Of a stretch of DNA of 64,000 nt, positions 1-13,885 are shown piece by piece. Each line of letters starts with the position of its first letter. The stretch's first letter is position 1. Origin of the DNA: Octopus sinensis. Its lineage: Eukaryota. The notes below the pieces were generated by a model that was not told where the DNA came from, made no database searches, and worked only from the letters and a program-made list of their open reading frames with translations. Both the position numbers and the translations under genes were made by a program. The DNA lies in contig NC_043014.1 of assembly GCF_006345805.1 (NCBI RefSeq), positions 3,968,001 to 4,032,000 of the forward strand. Reading direction: 5' to 3'.

Positions 1-1075
1 GAATCCTATTGGATATAACGTGACGGTCACAACATCTCAGCCTTCTTACACACAGCATCCGTGCTTGCCCTGACTATATTTGCTCTCTTTACTCTAACTT
101 TTATGGGTGTTGTATTCGTTTCGCATGAAATGTATTCAGCTTCTAGGATCCATCCTTTCTTCGAGTCTGGTATGTTTACGTAGATGAGTGAAAGAAATCG
201 TCGTCTTTGATGATCTCTACTGCTGAAATGAGGCAATTTCTCTGGTTGATTTCATCTCTTATTCTTGTATATCAGCGTTTAGTATATGATGTGTATGTTG
301 TGTTCTTCGAGTTTCATTTTGTATCTTATCTTGAAGAGAGGTGGGAATTTTGTGATATAGATTTAGGTTGGCAGGACCAATACTCATTTATACTGTCTTT
401 TGAGGGATTGATCGTGTAAATTCCACATTCTCAGAAAGCTTAATTTGAACATTTTGTAATATTTCTAAAGTAGACGATAAATAGGTTTTATAAGATATGG
501 GGTAGGAATAGAACGGAAAGCTTTCCTGATTAATAACGGCAAATAGAATGGATTGTGTGGAAGTATCTGGTTGTTGTTGAAAGAATCAGTTAAGTTCTGT
601 GCTAAGTAATGTAGCGGTTCATGGCTCCTTGTCACAATCCGAGTTGTAATTTGAAAACCAAGATGTCTGAGATAGTAGCGTCGAGGATTAGATTTTCTAA
701 GGCTGTGCATGAAAAGCTGATGTAATTCTATGGTGGTACTTTATTTGGGGTTTTGTTGAATCATGAGACAGAAGACAAAATACTGTTAAACAAAATAACA
801 TTTTATTTCAACGATAAGTTTGATAAACTGAAATCTTACAAAATGTTTTCTAGAATCATTTCGACAGATTTAGATTTTTCTTGTTTTTGAGGATATTTCT
901 GGCATTCTACGTCGCCTCTTTTGTATTGTTTGAATATCTTCTGTAAACTAGTACAACAGTTTATTGTAACGATAGACATACTTTAAAGAAAATATTAGGT
1001 AAAACAATTAAAATTTTATGTTATTTATTGTAATTCACAGACATATTTTCATATGGAACCGAATTTAATTTCTGT

Positions 1076-1764
1076 TCAATATTTACTGCAAACAACGCAG
1101 GTTAATTCTTGGCCATTGACATACGGTGGACATGGCCACGAACCACAAGCAGCCTGAACGAAATATAATAGAGCTCCATTTTCGTTTCTGTAACCAGCTG
1201 GATCAGCTTCTGGTGCATAATCCACACACACATATTCATGTCTGCCCTTATGAGCATAATGTTCTGCCATCAAATATCCTGAATATTCAGCTGTCCAACC
1301 AGCGTAACACTGTGTCCTGGCTGGTAACATCATAACAACAGCAGGTTGTAGTGTCAAACAGACAGCGCACGGAACGTTGTGATCATGAAGTGATTTAGCG
1401 TTAGCAAAAGAAAAGAGTTTATTCGAGTTGTGGGATATTTCATATTCACTGCCATAAATGTAACCACCTTTTTCAACTTCTGTAGTATAATTGGCCCAAA
1501 TGGGATCGTTAGGTAAACACAACAGATTGCTTCCGCCACCAGTATGGGTTTGATGTTGTCCACCAACCACACCTAGAATTGGTAAGAATATATCAAGTAA
1601 AAAAGATATTAAGCAAAATAACGGAAATATTCATTACAATTTGACCCTTAAAAGGAGTCATGTTTAGTCGCGTGTGAACGAATTGTGGTGTATGTGTTAG
1701 TGCTTATGTGAGTGTAAGCAGTGTTGCTGTATGCATGAAATCCTAGATGTGCATTTGCATTCTC

Positions 1765-1816
<52 letters not shown>

Positions 1817-2775
1817 AGTAAGCAAGAAGGATATCCAGAGATAATGCAGTACGATTGTTTCATGCAACTCCATTTAATTGAACAATTCAATCATTGCATT
1901 AATTTAAAATATAGAGGAATCTTCAGCTGCACAAATACATAGAATTTAATTAAATTAAAACAGATTGAGACATTAGTATAATTATACCTAAAATCTCCAA
2001 GAAGTTAAGGAGATACACAAAGAACTGCTTGTCTCTACTTCAACTTAGAAGTTAATAAAATTATCAAGAAATTTATGAATACTTATGAATACAATAAGTA
2101 TTCAACAATTTCTATCATTTTGTTATAATATTCTTCTTAATAATCCTTTGGAAAACCCTAAACTTCAACTGTATTCATAGCAACATTGTTTAAAATATTT
2201 AACTATAATATATGATAAGACATTCCGTTTCATTGTCAATAGTCTGCCAGTGTGCGACCCCCTTAATTATCAGCTAACATCTTGTTTTAAGTTTTCCCTT
2301 ACTAAACCTCATGGTATTGCTTATAATGATTCTTGATTTTTTTATAATTATACTAACTAGAATGTATATCTACTCCCTCATCCCTCCCCCTAACAGATAC
2401 TGCCCCATGCTCTCTCAGCCTTAGATATAGAAAGGATTTTTAAACAATTAAAACTGACCCCATAAAGACAAAAAATCAATGGTAAGTTGAGTCTTCTTGA
2501 TAATTTTAGTAACTGCTATGCTGAAGTAGAGACAACATGTTCTATGTAATTTCTTGGGGATTTTAGGTATAATTATACAAATGTGTCCATCTGTTCTAAT
2601 TTCATTAAATGCTACGTCTTTTAGCAGCCGAGGATTGCTCTAAATTTTAAACTGATGTAATGATTGCATTGTTCAATTAACTGGTGTTGCATGAAACGAA
2701 CGTACTGCATTATCTCTGGATATCATCGTTGCTTATTTTAATTTTAATCACCTTAAGTAACATATTCATCTGAAT

Positions 2776-2848
<73 letters not shown>

Positions 2849-5800
2849 GTAAGTATATGTATATATATGTTGTGTGTATACGGGTAAGTATTTGGGGATA
2901 CGATGTGGATTATTATGTAAGTTTGCATGGGGATGTGTTTTGCGAGGATGTTAATTGAAGGAGAAAAAGAAAGGAATTCGGTAACGCATGTACTCGTGTT
3001 TATCCGAAATGGAAAATGTGTTCACGAGTGAACGGGGATATTTTGGTGATGGAGTCGGCGATCGATAAAGGATACGTGTAGGATTTATAAAGAGCAGATA
3101 CAGAGCATTTTTAAGGAACGTGAGGTTGATTGGGGAAGAGGTTTGTAGCAGCAGTTTTGAATTGGAAGTTTCGGAATTACCTTACAAAGTTATACTGGAT
3201 AATTAATGAGGTGATGTGGTGCATGAAAAGAGCAAGGTTTTAGCGATAGGACGATTTCGGTGAGGCGGAGAAGAATAGAAGTGCATTCTGTACTCTGTTG
3301 TGTTCTCTCACTAATATTTAGTTTCTCTCTATTTTACTTAATGAATAAAGTCCTTAGCTTTTTCCATCAGTTACAGTATGTGGCTTGTCCAGTCCTCATT
3401 CTACATTGTGCGTTCATTTCATTAAAAATTTACAGTCACTGTCATCAATTCTAATAGACTCTATTAAATTTAGCCCACACCTACGATCATTGGGCACTCT
3501 AGTTAAAGATAGTCAAGTGGCCACTTTTCAGCTCTGGTAACTCACGTACAATAACACCATCCGTAGCCAGTACACTTTATCACCAGTTTGCGGCCTCGGT
3601 ATTTGATATCTACAATCCAAAGCTGGTCAGCCTGAAATTCATGATCGCCATGGTGGTTTTCAGTCCAGCCCCTATTTGTAATTTAACGTAGAGATATCTA
3701 TATTCTGTGGTTAGACAACATCCTTTTCACTTGGTCCGTAGTAGACAACATACAATATTCTGATTTGACCAAATACCTACAAAGAGTAAGCAGTCTTGTT
3801 TAGTGTCTGTATAGTCTACAGGTATAGACGTTTGAAACGTGACATATCATAAGAGGATTTGAGAACGTTTATGTTACACAAGCCGACAAAGGGTGAGTGT
3901 GTGTGCAAGTGTGTGAGAGAGAGGGTGAGAGAGAAAGAGAGGCAACAAAAAGAGAGAATGAGAGGTATAAAAAGAGAACAAGAGGAAAACAAAAAGAGAA
4001 TGAGAGGTCAGAAATATAAAGTATACTAACCGTCATATACAAGGTTTGAATAAGGAGGACAAGTTGTTCTGCCCCACCGGGTATACAATGATCCGAGACC
4101 GGGTTCTGCGAAATTAAAATGAAATAACGTAGTTTAAAAGAAAGAATTGGGGAATCATTTACAAAGTAGGTTGTTGGATGGGAAGGAATTGATGGAGAAG
4201 AGAGAAATATAGAATTAAAGAAAGAACGAGTGAATGAATGAATGTCAGAACGAAAGATGTAAATAATAAGAATAAATTGTAAAGAAAGAAAAAAGACATT
4301 TGTCTGTTGAGCCTGTTGTTGACGTTGATGTCAAAGATTTGAGAGATTAATCTCAGAATATCAGAATGTGTATCGGTCTCCGCTAAGAACGGATGTATGT
4401 ATGATACGTAAACTTGGGTATGAGTATATATACTTCTCAATAGAATATTGATACAACTCAATAGAATAATGATAAAATATTCGCCAGGTGCGAATATTCA
4501 TCGGTCAATTACAAATATCAGTTTGGAGCTCGGCGCAAATAAGGCCATCATAACTACAATATGAAAATAACAACCATACCGCATCATTTGTCGATTTAGT
4601 TAAAAGACATCGCATCCGGATCTCGAGTAGAGGAGTCCGTTCGATAAATGTATAGCACAACACACCCAACACCGGTGCAACCAGCAAGAAGCCTGCAACT
4701 TAATCTGTGGTGCGTGAGGTGGGAGCACAAAATTGACGGTCTCAGGAAACCAAAGCAGATCAAGAAGGGAACAACCTTTAATAATTGAGAATTAAAACGT
4801 CAAAATTGTTAGATATAATCTGCCTGTAAGATATAATCGGTGTCTCCTCTACAAAATTTCGTTTTTCCGACAGCGTACACTTGGATATAGGCTTGAAACT
4901 CCACTACGCAACTGTGGTGCCAACAATATCTGCACAGGTGGGATTAGGATACTCACAATCCCCAGCTTTCGGATTGTATTATGGAGTGAAACTTACTAGG
5001 TGTGAGGGTTCACCTCTTGAAGCTAAGGCTGAATATGAAAGACCCCTATGGCTGTTGAAAGTATATGCAGCAAACATCGGCGTCAAATACAAATCCTTCC
5101 TAAGCAAATTCACCTCAGCTTTAGATATATTTGGGGTAAAGTCATTTGTCCTGCAAGGTGACTTCAGTGCACACCTTGGCACTGATAACCGTGAGAAGGA
5201 TTGATTGGAAGGAATGTCGTCAGTGAACTTAATGGAGAGGTCATAGCAGCCTTCTGTGCAGGATACACACTTTCCTCTCTATGGTATATATATTATTTTA
5301 AGACAGGGATATCTATAAGGGTGCCTGGTATAGAAATACTTGGTGACAGAGGTTTCTGATTAGGTTCGGTCCTCTTTCACTCTTTGCTGAACGTTCGGGT
5401 AAAAGGAAGGGGTGGAGTTGTCCACTCGTCACTACCTAAACGTCTAAAAACCTGAAAATTCCTACAGTCTACCGAACACTGGAAATTGGTAAGTCCAGTG
5501 CGACCTACAGAATAGAGTTGGAAGGTGCAGTGGATGCTGGGATCAGAAACCAAAATGTAGAGACCTTTGCATCCAAATTGAGAGTGATCCGCCTCAATGA
5601 AGTTCGACATCGAAATGAATTCGTGATTGTATTATTTTTTTCGGCAGGTTCTTCTTCGGTTGAACGCTTATTTGAGCTCAATTCACTTAAAAGTGACAAA
5701 GCTGCTGGTGAAAAGACGTTCGCCTTGATATTTTAGAAACCTTAAATACAGATGATATTCTCTGAGTGACCCATGTACGCTAGGTGGATGGGACCTCTGG

Positions 5801-8800
5801 AAAAAACACCAAGGCAATGGAAATATGGGGTGACAATCACAATTTTTTCAAACAGAGACCAAAGATTGTGTTCTAATTATGAAAATGTCTATTCTAGGTG
5901 TCAAGAAAAGATATGTAGGGAAATTGTCGTGCCAAAGGTTACTGTCCTGGACGAACTACACCCGACCTGAAAATCATTCAAAGACAGATCTTCCAGCAAA
6001 CATTGAAATATTTCCAAGGTATATATGCTGTAAACCACGAAAAGGCACACGATCACGTGCCCTGGGGCATGCTGTGCATGGTTTACCAGGAAGGTGAGTT
6101 TGATGGGCAAATACTGGTTGCCATAAAGTACATATGTGGATGTTCAAATGTTTGTATTTATGTAAAAGTCGAAAGTTTTCAACGAGAAGTTTTCACTTAG
6201 TTGAGGTGTGCATTGTTAGTGCCCCTTCTCACATTCTTTTTTGTGATCTGGTTGAATATGCGCAGCCATTGTGGTAGAGGTATCCCAATTCATCTCTACG
6301 TGATCGGTGGCGTGTGATTTGTAGACGACATGCTGCTACCTGATTCGTCTGATGGTCACGAACAACGTGCACTGAATTGGTTGGCTGCCGAGTACACCAA
6401 AGCAGGATTGACAAATACGCACTGTGTAGGAAAGTGGAACATCATTATTTCGGGTCTCTATTCACGAACGATTGGAAGCACAAGAGTGGACAGACTGCTG
6501 AATTGTAGTTATAAACGCAGTGAAACGCCAGCTCGGGCATTTGATTCTCAGATGAAGAGGGCATTCATGCTTTTCGTATGCAAGCCGGCTGGGCTCACTC
6601 TGAGCACTCTAATGATTTCACAGTGAACGAACCGGCCGACGACTAGAACACTCGGAAAGAGCTCCCTCAGAGGAACCGTGCGGGCCGAAATAATTATCGA
6701 CGTAGCACTGCATATATACTCATATACGCACAATAAATGGCATTGTATATTAGAGTAACAATTTATTTAGGAATTTATTGTAAAGTAGAATATATTTTGA
6801 AGTAAATGCAGGCAAGTGTCTTAGTATATACTATTTTGGACATGTGGATAGTAATGTGGAACTAATTCGAAGTTGGTAAAATTGTAAACCATTAGTTAAG
6901 GAGACACGGGTAAAAGACTTTAGCCGTAAAATTAGTTCTTACTTGGTGTGTCATCAGGTTTATCGTCGAGAGATTTCTTGGAGATGAAACGGTTCTGTGA
7001 AAAAATAGAAATAGCATCATATAAATAGAACTTCAGGGTATTTATTATCGTTTAAAACTTAAAACAATGCAATAGATGTCAACATATTCGGACTGGTATC
7101 ATTACCAACACTACCATCTCAACCCCTTAGGAATCTTCTAGAAGGCGCTTTAATCCAGTCAAACGATTTTCTGAACAATATCAGACAATACAACTCTGAA
7201 TTTCAAATGACATCGTTTGGTGAACCGAAGAAGATAGATAAACATGAATTTACGCCGACGTCAAAGTTCAAGGGCAAGTCTATCCCCTCATTGGTTCTCT
7301 GGTACCCGCAAATGAACAACCACAGTTCCTCCAAATTTACTCTATGAGTGATGTAGGACAACAAACCCGACGTGAGGTGTCAAAATTTCCGATGATGGGT
7401 CGTGTGAGACACAGCGCACACTGCTGCAAAGGAGAGTATATCCACTGACAGCTTTTCGGTGCGTTCAAAAATCACACAAACCCCACCTCTAATTTTGCAT
7501 GACAGGTTAGGGCCTGAAACACTCCAAACGGACGCATAGCATGTTGCTTAGTCGAATTAGCCCAGCATTTACTCTACAAATGTTTTGTTGTCAATGTTGC
7601 ACTTTCCCGTATCACCTGTTTCAAAATGACTGGTATATATTATATACCCACTTTGCCATTTTAATCCCCAGCAATGACGGGTATGTCTGCTAGTACACAC
7701 ACACATACACACACACACACACACACATATTTCTACATATTTATATATATATATATATATTTGTTGGTTGGCATCCTTTCTGTCTCGGGAGACAATGGAG
7801 TTGCGCATAAACTAGTCTAGTCCTGCTTTTATATTTCATGTCCTGATACATTTCCTGCTGTGGCTGTGTAGTCCTATCCTGGACAAACACTCCCTCTGGC
7901 AGGTACCGCAAATGTAGCGATGACTGTTCCTGGCTGGTTGTAATGCCATAGTCTCTTGTTGACGTCTCTTCTTTTCTCTCCATTTCTCCTCTCTCTCTCT
8001 GTCACTCCTTTGTATTCCCTCTTTTACGGTACGTCGCCAGTCTCCACGGTTGCCGGCAACTGCCTCCCAACCGCTAATATTGATGTTGCAGGCCTTCATA
8101 TCCCTTTTGCAAACATACTTGTAACGTAAGATCGGTCTACCCACAGACCTAGTACCCCTAGCAAGCTCTCCGTAGAGTATGTCCTTTGGGATTCTGCCAT
8201 CTTTCATACGGCTAACATGCCCAAGTCATCTCATACGTCTTTGTGTGAGGAGTGCAAACATGCTTGGTATTCTTGCTTGCCTGAGGACATCTTTGTTGGG
8301 GATATGATTCTGCCATTTGATGCGGAGGATTTTTCGGAGGCAGCGCAGGTGAAAGATGTTTAGGCGACGCCTTTGGCGTGTGTATATCGTCCAGGTCTCA
8401 CTTCCATACAGTAGAGTGCTGAGTACACATGCCTGGTAGATCTTCATTTTCGTGGTCTTGGTCAGCTTATTGTTGTCCCATGCCCGTTTGGAGAGTTGAG
8501 CCATCGCAGCAGCTGCCTTGCCAATGCGTATATTGAGCTCAGCGTCAAGGGATAGGTTGTAGGTGACGGTAGAGCCCAGATAGGTAAACTTCTCCACCTC
8601 TTGTAATCTGTGGTCTCCAATATGTATGTTTGGGATGTCCGATGTAGCCTGGCCCATGATGTTGGTCTTCTTAAGGCTGATAGCTAAGCCAAAGTCGTTA
8701 CATGCTTGCTCAAAACAGTTAATGAGCCTTTTAGAGGGCTTCTTCTGTGTGTGTTACCAGAGCGGCATCATCACCAAATAACATCTCCTTGATCAGGACG

Positions 8801-11796
8801 TTTCTGATTTTCATCTTGGCACGCAGGCGCGAGAGATTGAACAGATTCCCGTCACTTCTACTATGCAGAAGCACTCCATCATCTGATGTCTGAAAGGCAT
8901 GTGAAAGTAAGAGCGAGAAGATGCCAAACAATGTAGGAGCGAGGACACAACCTTGCTTTACCCCGTTTTTTATTTGAAAGGCGGCTGATGTTGAACCGTT
9001 GTGCTGTATGGTGCCTTGCATGTCATCATGGAAAGACTTGATGATCCTCAGCAGCTTTGGTGGACATCCGATTTTTTGGAGCAGGATGAAGAGGCATGTT
9101 CTGCTTACCGAGTCAAAAGCCTTTGTTAGATCAATGAAGGCCATATATAATGGCATTTTCTGCTCTCTGGACTTCTCCTGAAGTTGGCGTATGGAGAATA
9201 TCATATCGATAGTTGATCTGCTTCTTCTAAAGCCACACTGCGATTCCGGATATATTCGAGAAGCAAGTAGTTGTAGCCTGGCCAGGATAACGCGGGCAAA
9301 GGTCTTTCCAACAGTGCTTAGAAGGGATATACCACGGTAATTGTTACAATCACCACGGTCACCTTTGTTTTTGTAAAGCGTAATGATGTTCGCATCCCGC
9401 ATATCCTGAGGGACTGTACCCTCTTCCCAGCACTAACACAGAAGCTCATGAAGGTGCCGAAGCAGGATGGTGTTTTTGCCGGCTTTGATGATCTCTGAGG
9501 GGATGCCGTCTTTTCACGGAGCCTTATTTCTTGCTAGGGAGTCAACAACCTTGGTGAGCTCTGCTATAGATGGCGGACTGTCAAGTTCGCACATGACTGG
9601 CAAGATCTTGATGCTCTCGACTGCAGCCTCAGCCACTGTAGTCTCCCGAGTGTAGAGATCCTGGCAGTGCTCCACCCATCTATACATTTGCTTGCCTTGA
9701 TCCCTGATGAGATCTCCAGTAGTTGATTTCAGAGGGGCTGACTTTGTTGCGGATGGACCGAGGGCCTTCTTCAAACCGCCATACATCCCACAGGTGTCAC
9801 CCATGTCAGCAGCTGACTGGATACTCTGACAGATTTCCTGCCAATACCTATTTGCACAGCGTCTGGCTGTCAGTTGGGTTTTATTTCGTGCCTTTCTGAG
9901 TTCTTCGAGTGACTTTGTAGAAGAGTCACTCTTGTATTGCATCAGAGCTGCACGCTTTGCTTCGATAACTGGCTCCAGCTCTGAGAGCCCAGCATTGAAC
10001 CAATCTGGGATTTGCCTTTCTCTCATATCGAAAGTATGCTCTCATATATATATATATTTATATAGACACACACACATGTATATATATATAGTTAAATTTA
10101 ATCCAAACAAGAAAGCACAAAGAAACACAACAACGCGAGGACGTGGAACAAATATAGTATTATTGGACGCTCAGGAAAGAAGGAAAGAAGAAGGGATTAA
10201 CGTTTCGAGCGGAGCTCTTCGTCGGAAACATACGAGAAGGAAAGATCCAGAGGATGGAAGACAGAGGAAAAAAGATCGCCAACGGTACACACGCCGGCAC
10301 ATTTTGAATGACCGTAAGGAAATGGGTGAAGAAACGTTCTTTCAAAGACAGGAGAGTGGTAGAGGAGGAGGAATGTGTGTGTAAGTGTGGATATGTGCTT
10401 GCATGTGTAGATATGTTTTTGCATGCGTGTGTGTGTCTGTGTCTATATGTGTATACGTATGTATATGTGGATACGTATGTGTATGTGTGTGTGCGCGTGG
10501 AGGCATATATTATGTGTATGTATATGTATCGGTGTCTATGTGATTTTGTTCATGCGTGTGTGTGAGTGTGTGTGTGGGGGGGTGGAGTTATGTGGGCGCA
10601 ATGTGCGTTCGTGTGCTTGTGTGCGTGTGTGCGCTTAAGCACGTGAATGTCCGTGTGTGTCTGTACCCATGTGTGTATAAGTGTGTGCGTATCTGTATGA
10701 GCATTGTTTGTTAAAGGTATATGTGGGCATCTGTGCTGGTGTGTGAGTATGTATGTGTGTATGTGTGTGTGCGTGTATTGTGTGCGTATGATACATATAT
10801 ATATCTCCGTGATCACCGTGACCGACCAGGCTATCAATTGTTGCTACACATCGCTGGTTACAAAGCACTTCGCTGGCTAAGCGAGCAGGCCAACAGAAGA
10901 AAGGGAGAAAGTTGTAGCGAAAGAGTGCTCACAACCTCGTGGAGCCTTAAACACACACAACACCCAGTCTGGAAATCAAAACCGCGATCCTACAACCGTG
11001 AGTCCGCGACCCTAAAAATTGGGCCACTGCGCCTCCACACAGACATATATATATATATATATATATAAATACATATCAATATATAGGTATACACGTACAC
11101 ATAAGCATACACACCATAAATATCACAAATAGACGTATCTACTTATACGCATACACACACACAAACGCACACATATATGTGAGTGGACATACACTGTATA
11201 GTGTGATTGTTCGTGTACAATTGAGCACGTGTGTCTGTGTGCGTGCGTGCGTATGTGTGTGTGTGTTTGTGTTTATTTGTGCGTGTGTTTGTCCGTGTGT
11301 CTGTGTGTATGTATTTACATTCGTTCTTACATATTGTCATATATAAAAACCAACGTGAATTACAGTCAAACATTACGAAATTCACCGATCTACATTGGCA
11401 CCCGCACGTTTTATTTTCAGTTGGAAAGAAAAGATTAAAAAAAACTCGCCTCACTTCCGTTCCTGATGGAGAGAAATAGATAAATGTGTGTAAATATGTA
11501 CGTATTTCTATGTGTGCGTGTGTGTGTGTTTGTATGTGTCTGTTTCTGTGCGTGTGTGTAAGTGTACATCTAGATATAATACTTAACACTAATATTAATA
11601 GGGCTAAACGTTGCAGCGACAGGGCATGGCCATGCTGGAACCCCACCATTAGATTATTTTCATTACGCACTTATTTCCCTCTCCAGGATTATGTCTGGTG
11701 AAAGAGCGATCGGACAGGCGTACAATTCCACCCTTCTTTGTGTTTCCTTGGGATGTGTGTATATATATACATAAATATATATATATATATATATCC

Positions 11797-11871
<75 letters not shown>

Positions 11872-12785
11872 AATGAATGTTTTTATATATAATGAACGTG
11901 AAATACAGGAAGGGACGAACACGGAACACAGACAAATCATTCGAAGCCTTCAATCTTCAGTCAGACACCGAATCATCATAGCAAATTTCGGCTGTTCAAT
12001 TCTGATATTTGCTCCAACCCGGCCAGCCCCAAGAAAAAAAACTAAGCTGTAAGCATTAGATTTCTTGGTAGAAGACAGGAATGTGAACGCACAAGACGGA
12101 TGTGAATACAAGAGACGAAAACGAAATTGAAAACAGTAATGAAAAAACAAAATATATATAACGGTGGTTGTCATACGACTTTAGACCAAATGAGACAAAA
12201 CAACAACAACATAGCAGCTGGCGTAGAAATAATTACCGTTTCGGTAGCGGGGACACATGTTGGTCGAGATACGAACAGAATGGTTGAAGAAGCAGCAGGT
12301 CGCAGGAGAGAGAGAAAGAGAGACAGAGAGAGAGGGAATCAAAGAGGGTGGAAGGCAGGGGACAGAATCAGTGACCAAGAGAGAAGGAGAAAGAAGGGAT
12401 TAAGGAGGATGGGAGGAAGAGAGGGGAAGAATCGGATGGCGCCAAAAAGTTTGGTAAAGAAGCAATGGCGGGTAGTAAAAGACAGTGTGTATAGAAGTCG
12501 TGCAGGGTTTAAAATTGGACAAACAAACGGGGGGGGGGGGGTGCACGTAACGCCGCAATAATATAAGAATGAATGTTTTTATATATAATGAACGTGAAAA
12601 ACAGGAAGGGACGAACACGGAACACAGACAAATCATTCGAATCCTTCAATCTTCAGTCAGACACCGAATCATCATAGCAAATTTCGGCTGTTCAATTCTG
12701 ATATTTGCTCCAACTCGGCCAGCTGCAAGAAAAAAAACTAAGCTGTAAGCATTAGATTTCTTGGTAGAAGACAGGAATGTGAACG

Positions 12786-12879
<94 letters not shown>

Positions 12880-13231
12880 TAGATAGATATGAATGTACAT
12901 ACATACGTAACTATATATGTGTGTATGTATATATGATATGTATATATATATATATATAGATGTAAGTGTGTGTGTGTGTGTGTATAGCACACATAGTGTG
13001 TATGTATCTATGTTTTATGTATGTGTCTGTTATTGTCGGACCACTATCGATTCTCAACTGATGTCGGTGTGTTTACGTCCGCGTTACATAGCGGTTCGGC
13101 TAGAGATACCGATAGAATGAGCAATAGGCTTACAAAGAATAATTCCTTAAGTCACTTTGTCCTACTAAACGCTGTGCTCTAGCATGGCCGCCGTCAAATG
13201 ACTGAAACAGGTAAAAGAATATATGTATATA

Positions 13232-13276
<45 letters not shown>

Positions 13277-13885
13277 ATACATATATATATATAGATAAAT
13301 AGAGAGAGAGAGAGAGAGAGATAGACAGAGAGAGAGAGAGAGATAGACAGAGAGATACAGTGATAGATACACACACGCATACATTTGTTTGTATATATAT
13401 ATCTATATATGTTCACGCACTAATATATTCATATATATGTATATTTATATATACATATATATGTATATTATATATTCAAATATATGTACATGTATATATA
13501 TGTATGTTTAGGTGTGTGCGCCTGTGTGTTCGTGTGTGATTACGTGTGTGATCTTATGGGTGTGTGTGTCCTCCATAGGAACATGTGTACGTGATTCATG
13601 CATACATCCTTACATTCATCCATCCATCCGTACGTACATACATCCACATATTAATACATACATACGTAAATGCATACATACATACATGCATATATAAATA
13701 CATAAAGACATACATATATTAACACAAAATCCATGACTTACCGTTTTCGATTTCTCTTCCATTTTTCCTATTCTTGAATCTTGATTAAGAATCACGATCG
13801 TCAGAACGAGAAGAACCCCAAAAGCTATGAGAGAAGAAATGGAATAACGCTGCGAAATATTCCTGGACAGTTGTGCGAAATCCAT
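1076..13885 (-). CDS. Array gene 1: short-chain collagen C4-like domain type II membrane protein, 255 aa; exons 13742-13885, 6943-6994, 4031-4105, 1076-1572
   Basis: Exon1 MDFAQ...[14 protein letters not shown]...KSKT ends at ACG|GTAAGT (phase 0), with an in-frame TGA upstream of the ATG. Exon2 ttttttcacag|[18 protein letters not shown]|gtaaga (0 to 1). Exon3 tttcgcag|[27 protein letters not shown]|gttagt (1 to 1). Exon4 ttctag|GT-VVGGQ...[10 protein letters not shown]...CAVC...YVCVD...CPPY...[10 protein letters not shown]. Phases join into one open frame. Domain recognised from remembered family motifs, not a database search. Confidence 0.88.
4520..6710 (+). mobile_element. Ancient degraded RTE-clade LINE in intron 2 (unit 1)
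   Basis: APE-like [15 protein letters not shown] and [10 protein letters not shown]-like [26 protein letters not shown] and QRALN. Many stops and frameshifts. Confidence 0.78.
7100..7400 (+). mobile_element. Helitron Rep-region fragment in intron 1 (unit 1)
   Basis: [18 protein letters not shown]...[33 protein letters not shown] matches the Helitron N-terminal motif (YNSxFQMTSFG, FKIQGQVYH) as remembered. Confidence 0.75.
7761..10043 (-). mobile_element. Younger 5'-truncated RTE-clade (BovB-like) LINE in a (TA)n tract, unit 1 only
   Basis: RT pieces [58 protein letters not shown] and LLYGSETW; C-terminal [11 protein letters not shown]...[17 protein letters not shown]; short ccaaccaacaa tail. 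A few stops and frameshifts. Confidence 0.92.
10806..11038 (-). mobile_element. tRNA-derived SINE (octopod-type), unit 1
   Basis: Head ggaggcgcagtggccca... with A/B-box-like motifs; same site in units 2 and 3. Confidence 0.75.
11868..12787. mobile_element. LTR/TRIM-like insertion with 224-bp direct repeats (11868-12091, 12564-12787), unit 1 only
   Basis: Near-identical direct repeats ending GCA. A G13 run at 12529-12541 is followed by TGCACG before the second repeat. Inserted in (TA)n and absent from units 2/3. Confidence 0.6.
13030..13220 (+). mobile_element. 3' half of the second SINE family (also 26105-26300 and 40975-41168)
   Basis: ggtgtgtttacgtcc...ctagcatggccg...caaatgactgaaac, matching 47860-48005. 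Confidence 0.7.

Noticed and set aside
27-236. ORF MPHFSSR... repeated at 31386 and 45178
   Set aside because: Part of the duplicated 3' flank, with no recognisable domain or splice structure; possibly an old TE remnant.
1126-1335. Antisense [15 protein letters not shown] repeated in each copy
   Set aside because: Antisense shadow of the terminal exon.
1354-1572. Alternative-frame ORF WLVDN...RALSV open in copies 1, 3, 4 and 5; it would be the frame if exon 2 were skipped
   Set aside because: Stopped early (TAG) in copy 2, and explicable as a shadow of the main frame. Only exon 1-3 junction reads would revive it.
2900-3700. Possible very old LINE remnants here and at 15500-16300; possible Helitron helicase remnant at 54560-54800
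   Set aside because: Only faint motif resemblance; cannot be supported without an HMM search.
4290-4390. Conserved [20 protein letters not shown] stretch as a candidate exon
   Set aside because: Acceptor phase and donor are not conserved between copies, and exon 2 at 6943-6994 already resolves the phase.
11143-11670. [13 protein letters not shown]...[11 protein letters not shown] with a hydrophobic segment (also 25171-25698)
   Set aside because: No convincing splice sites, start lost in unit 3, and it runs into microsatellite.
11930-12010. Possible hammerhead ribozyme (CTGAAGA...CGAA on the minus strand) in the direct repeats
   Set aside because: The core lacks GAAA and workable stems II/III.
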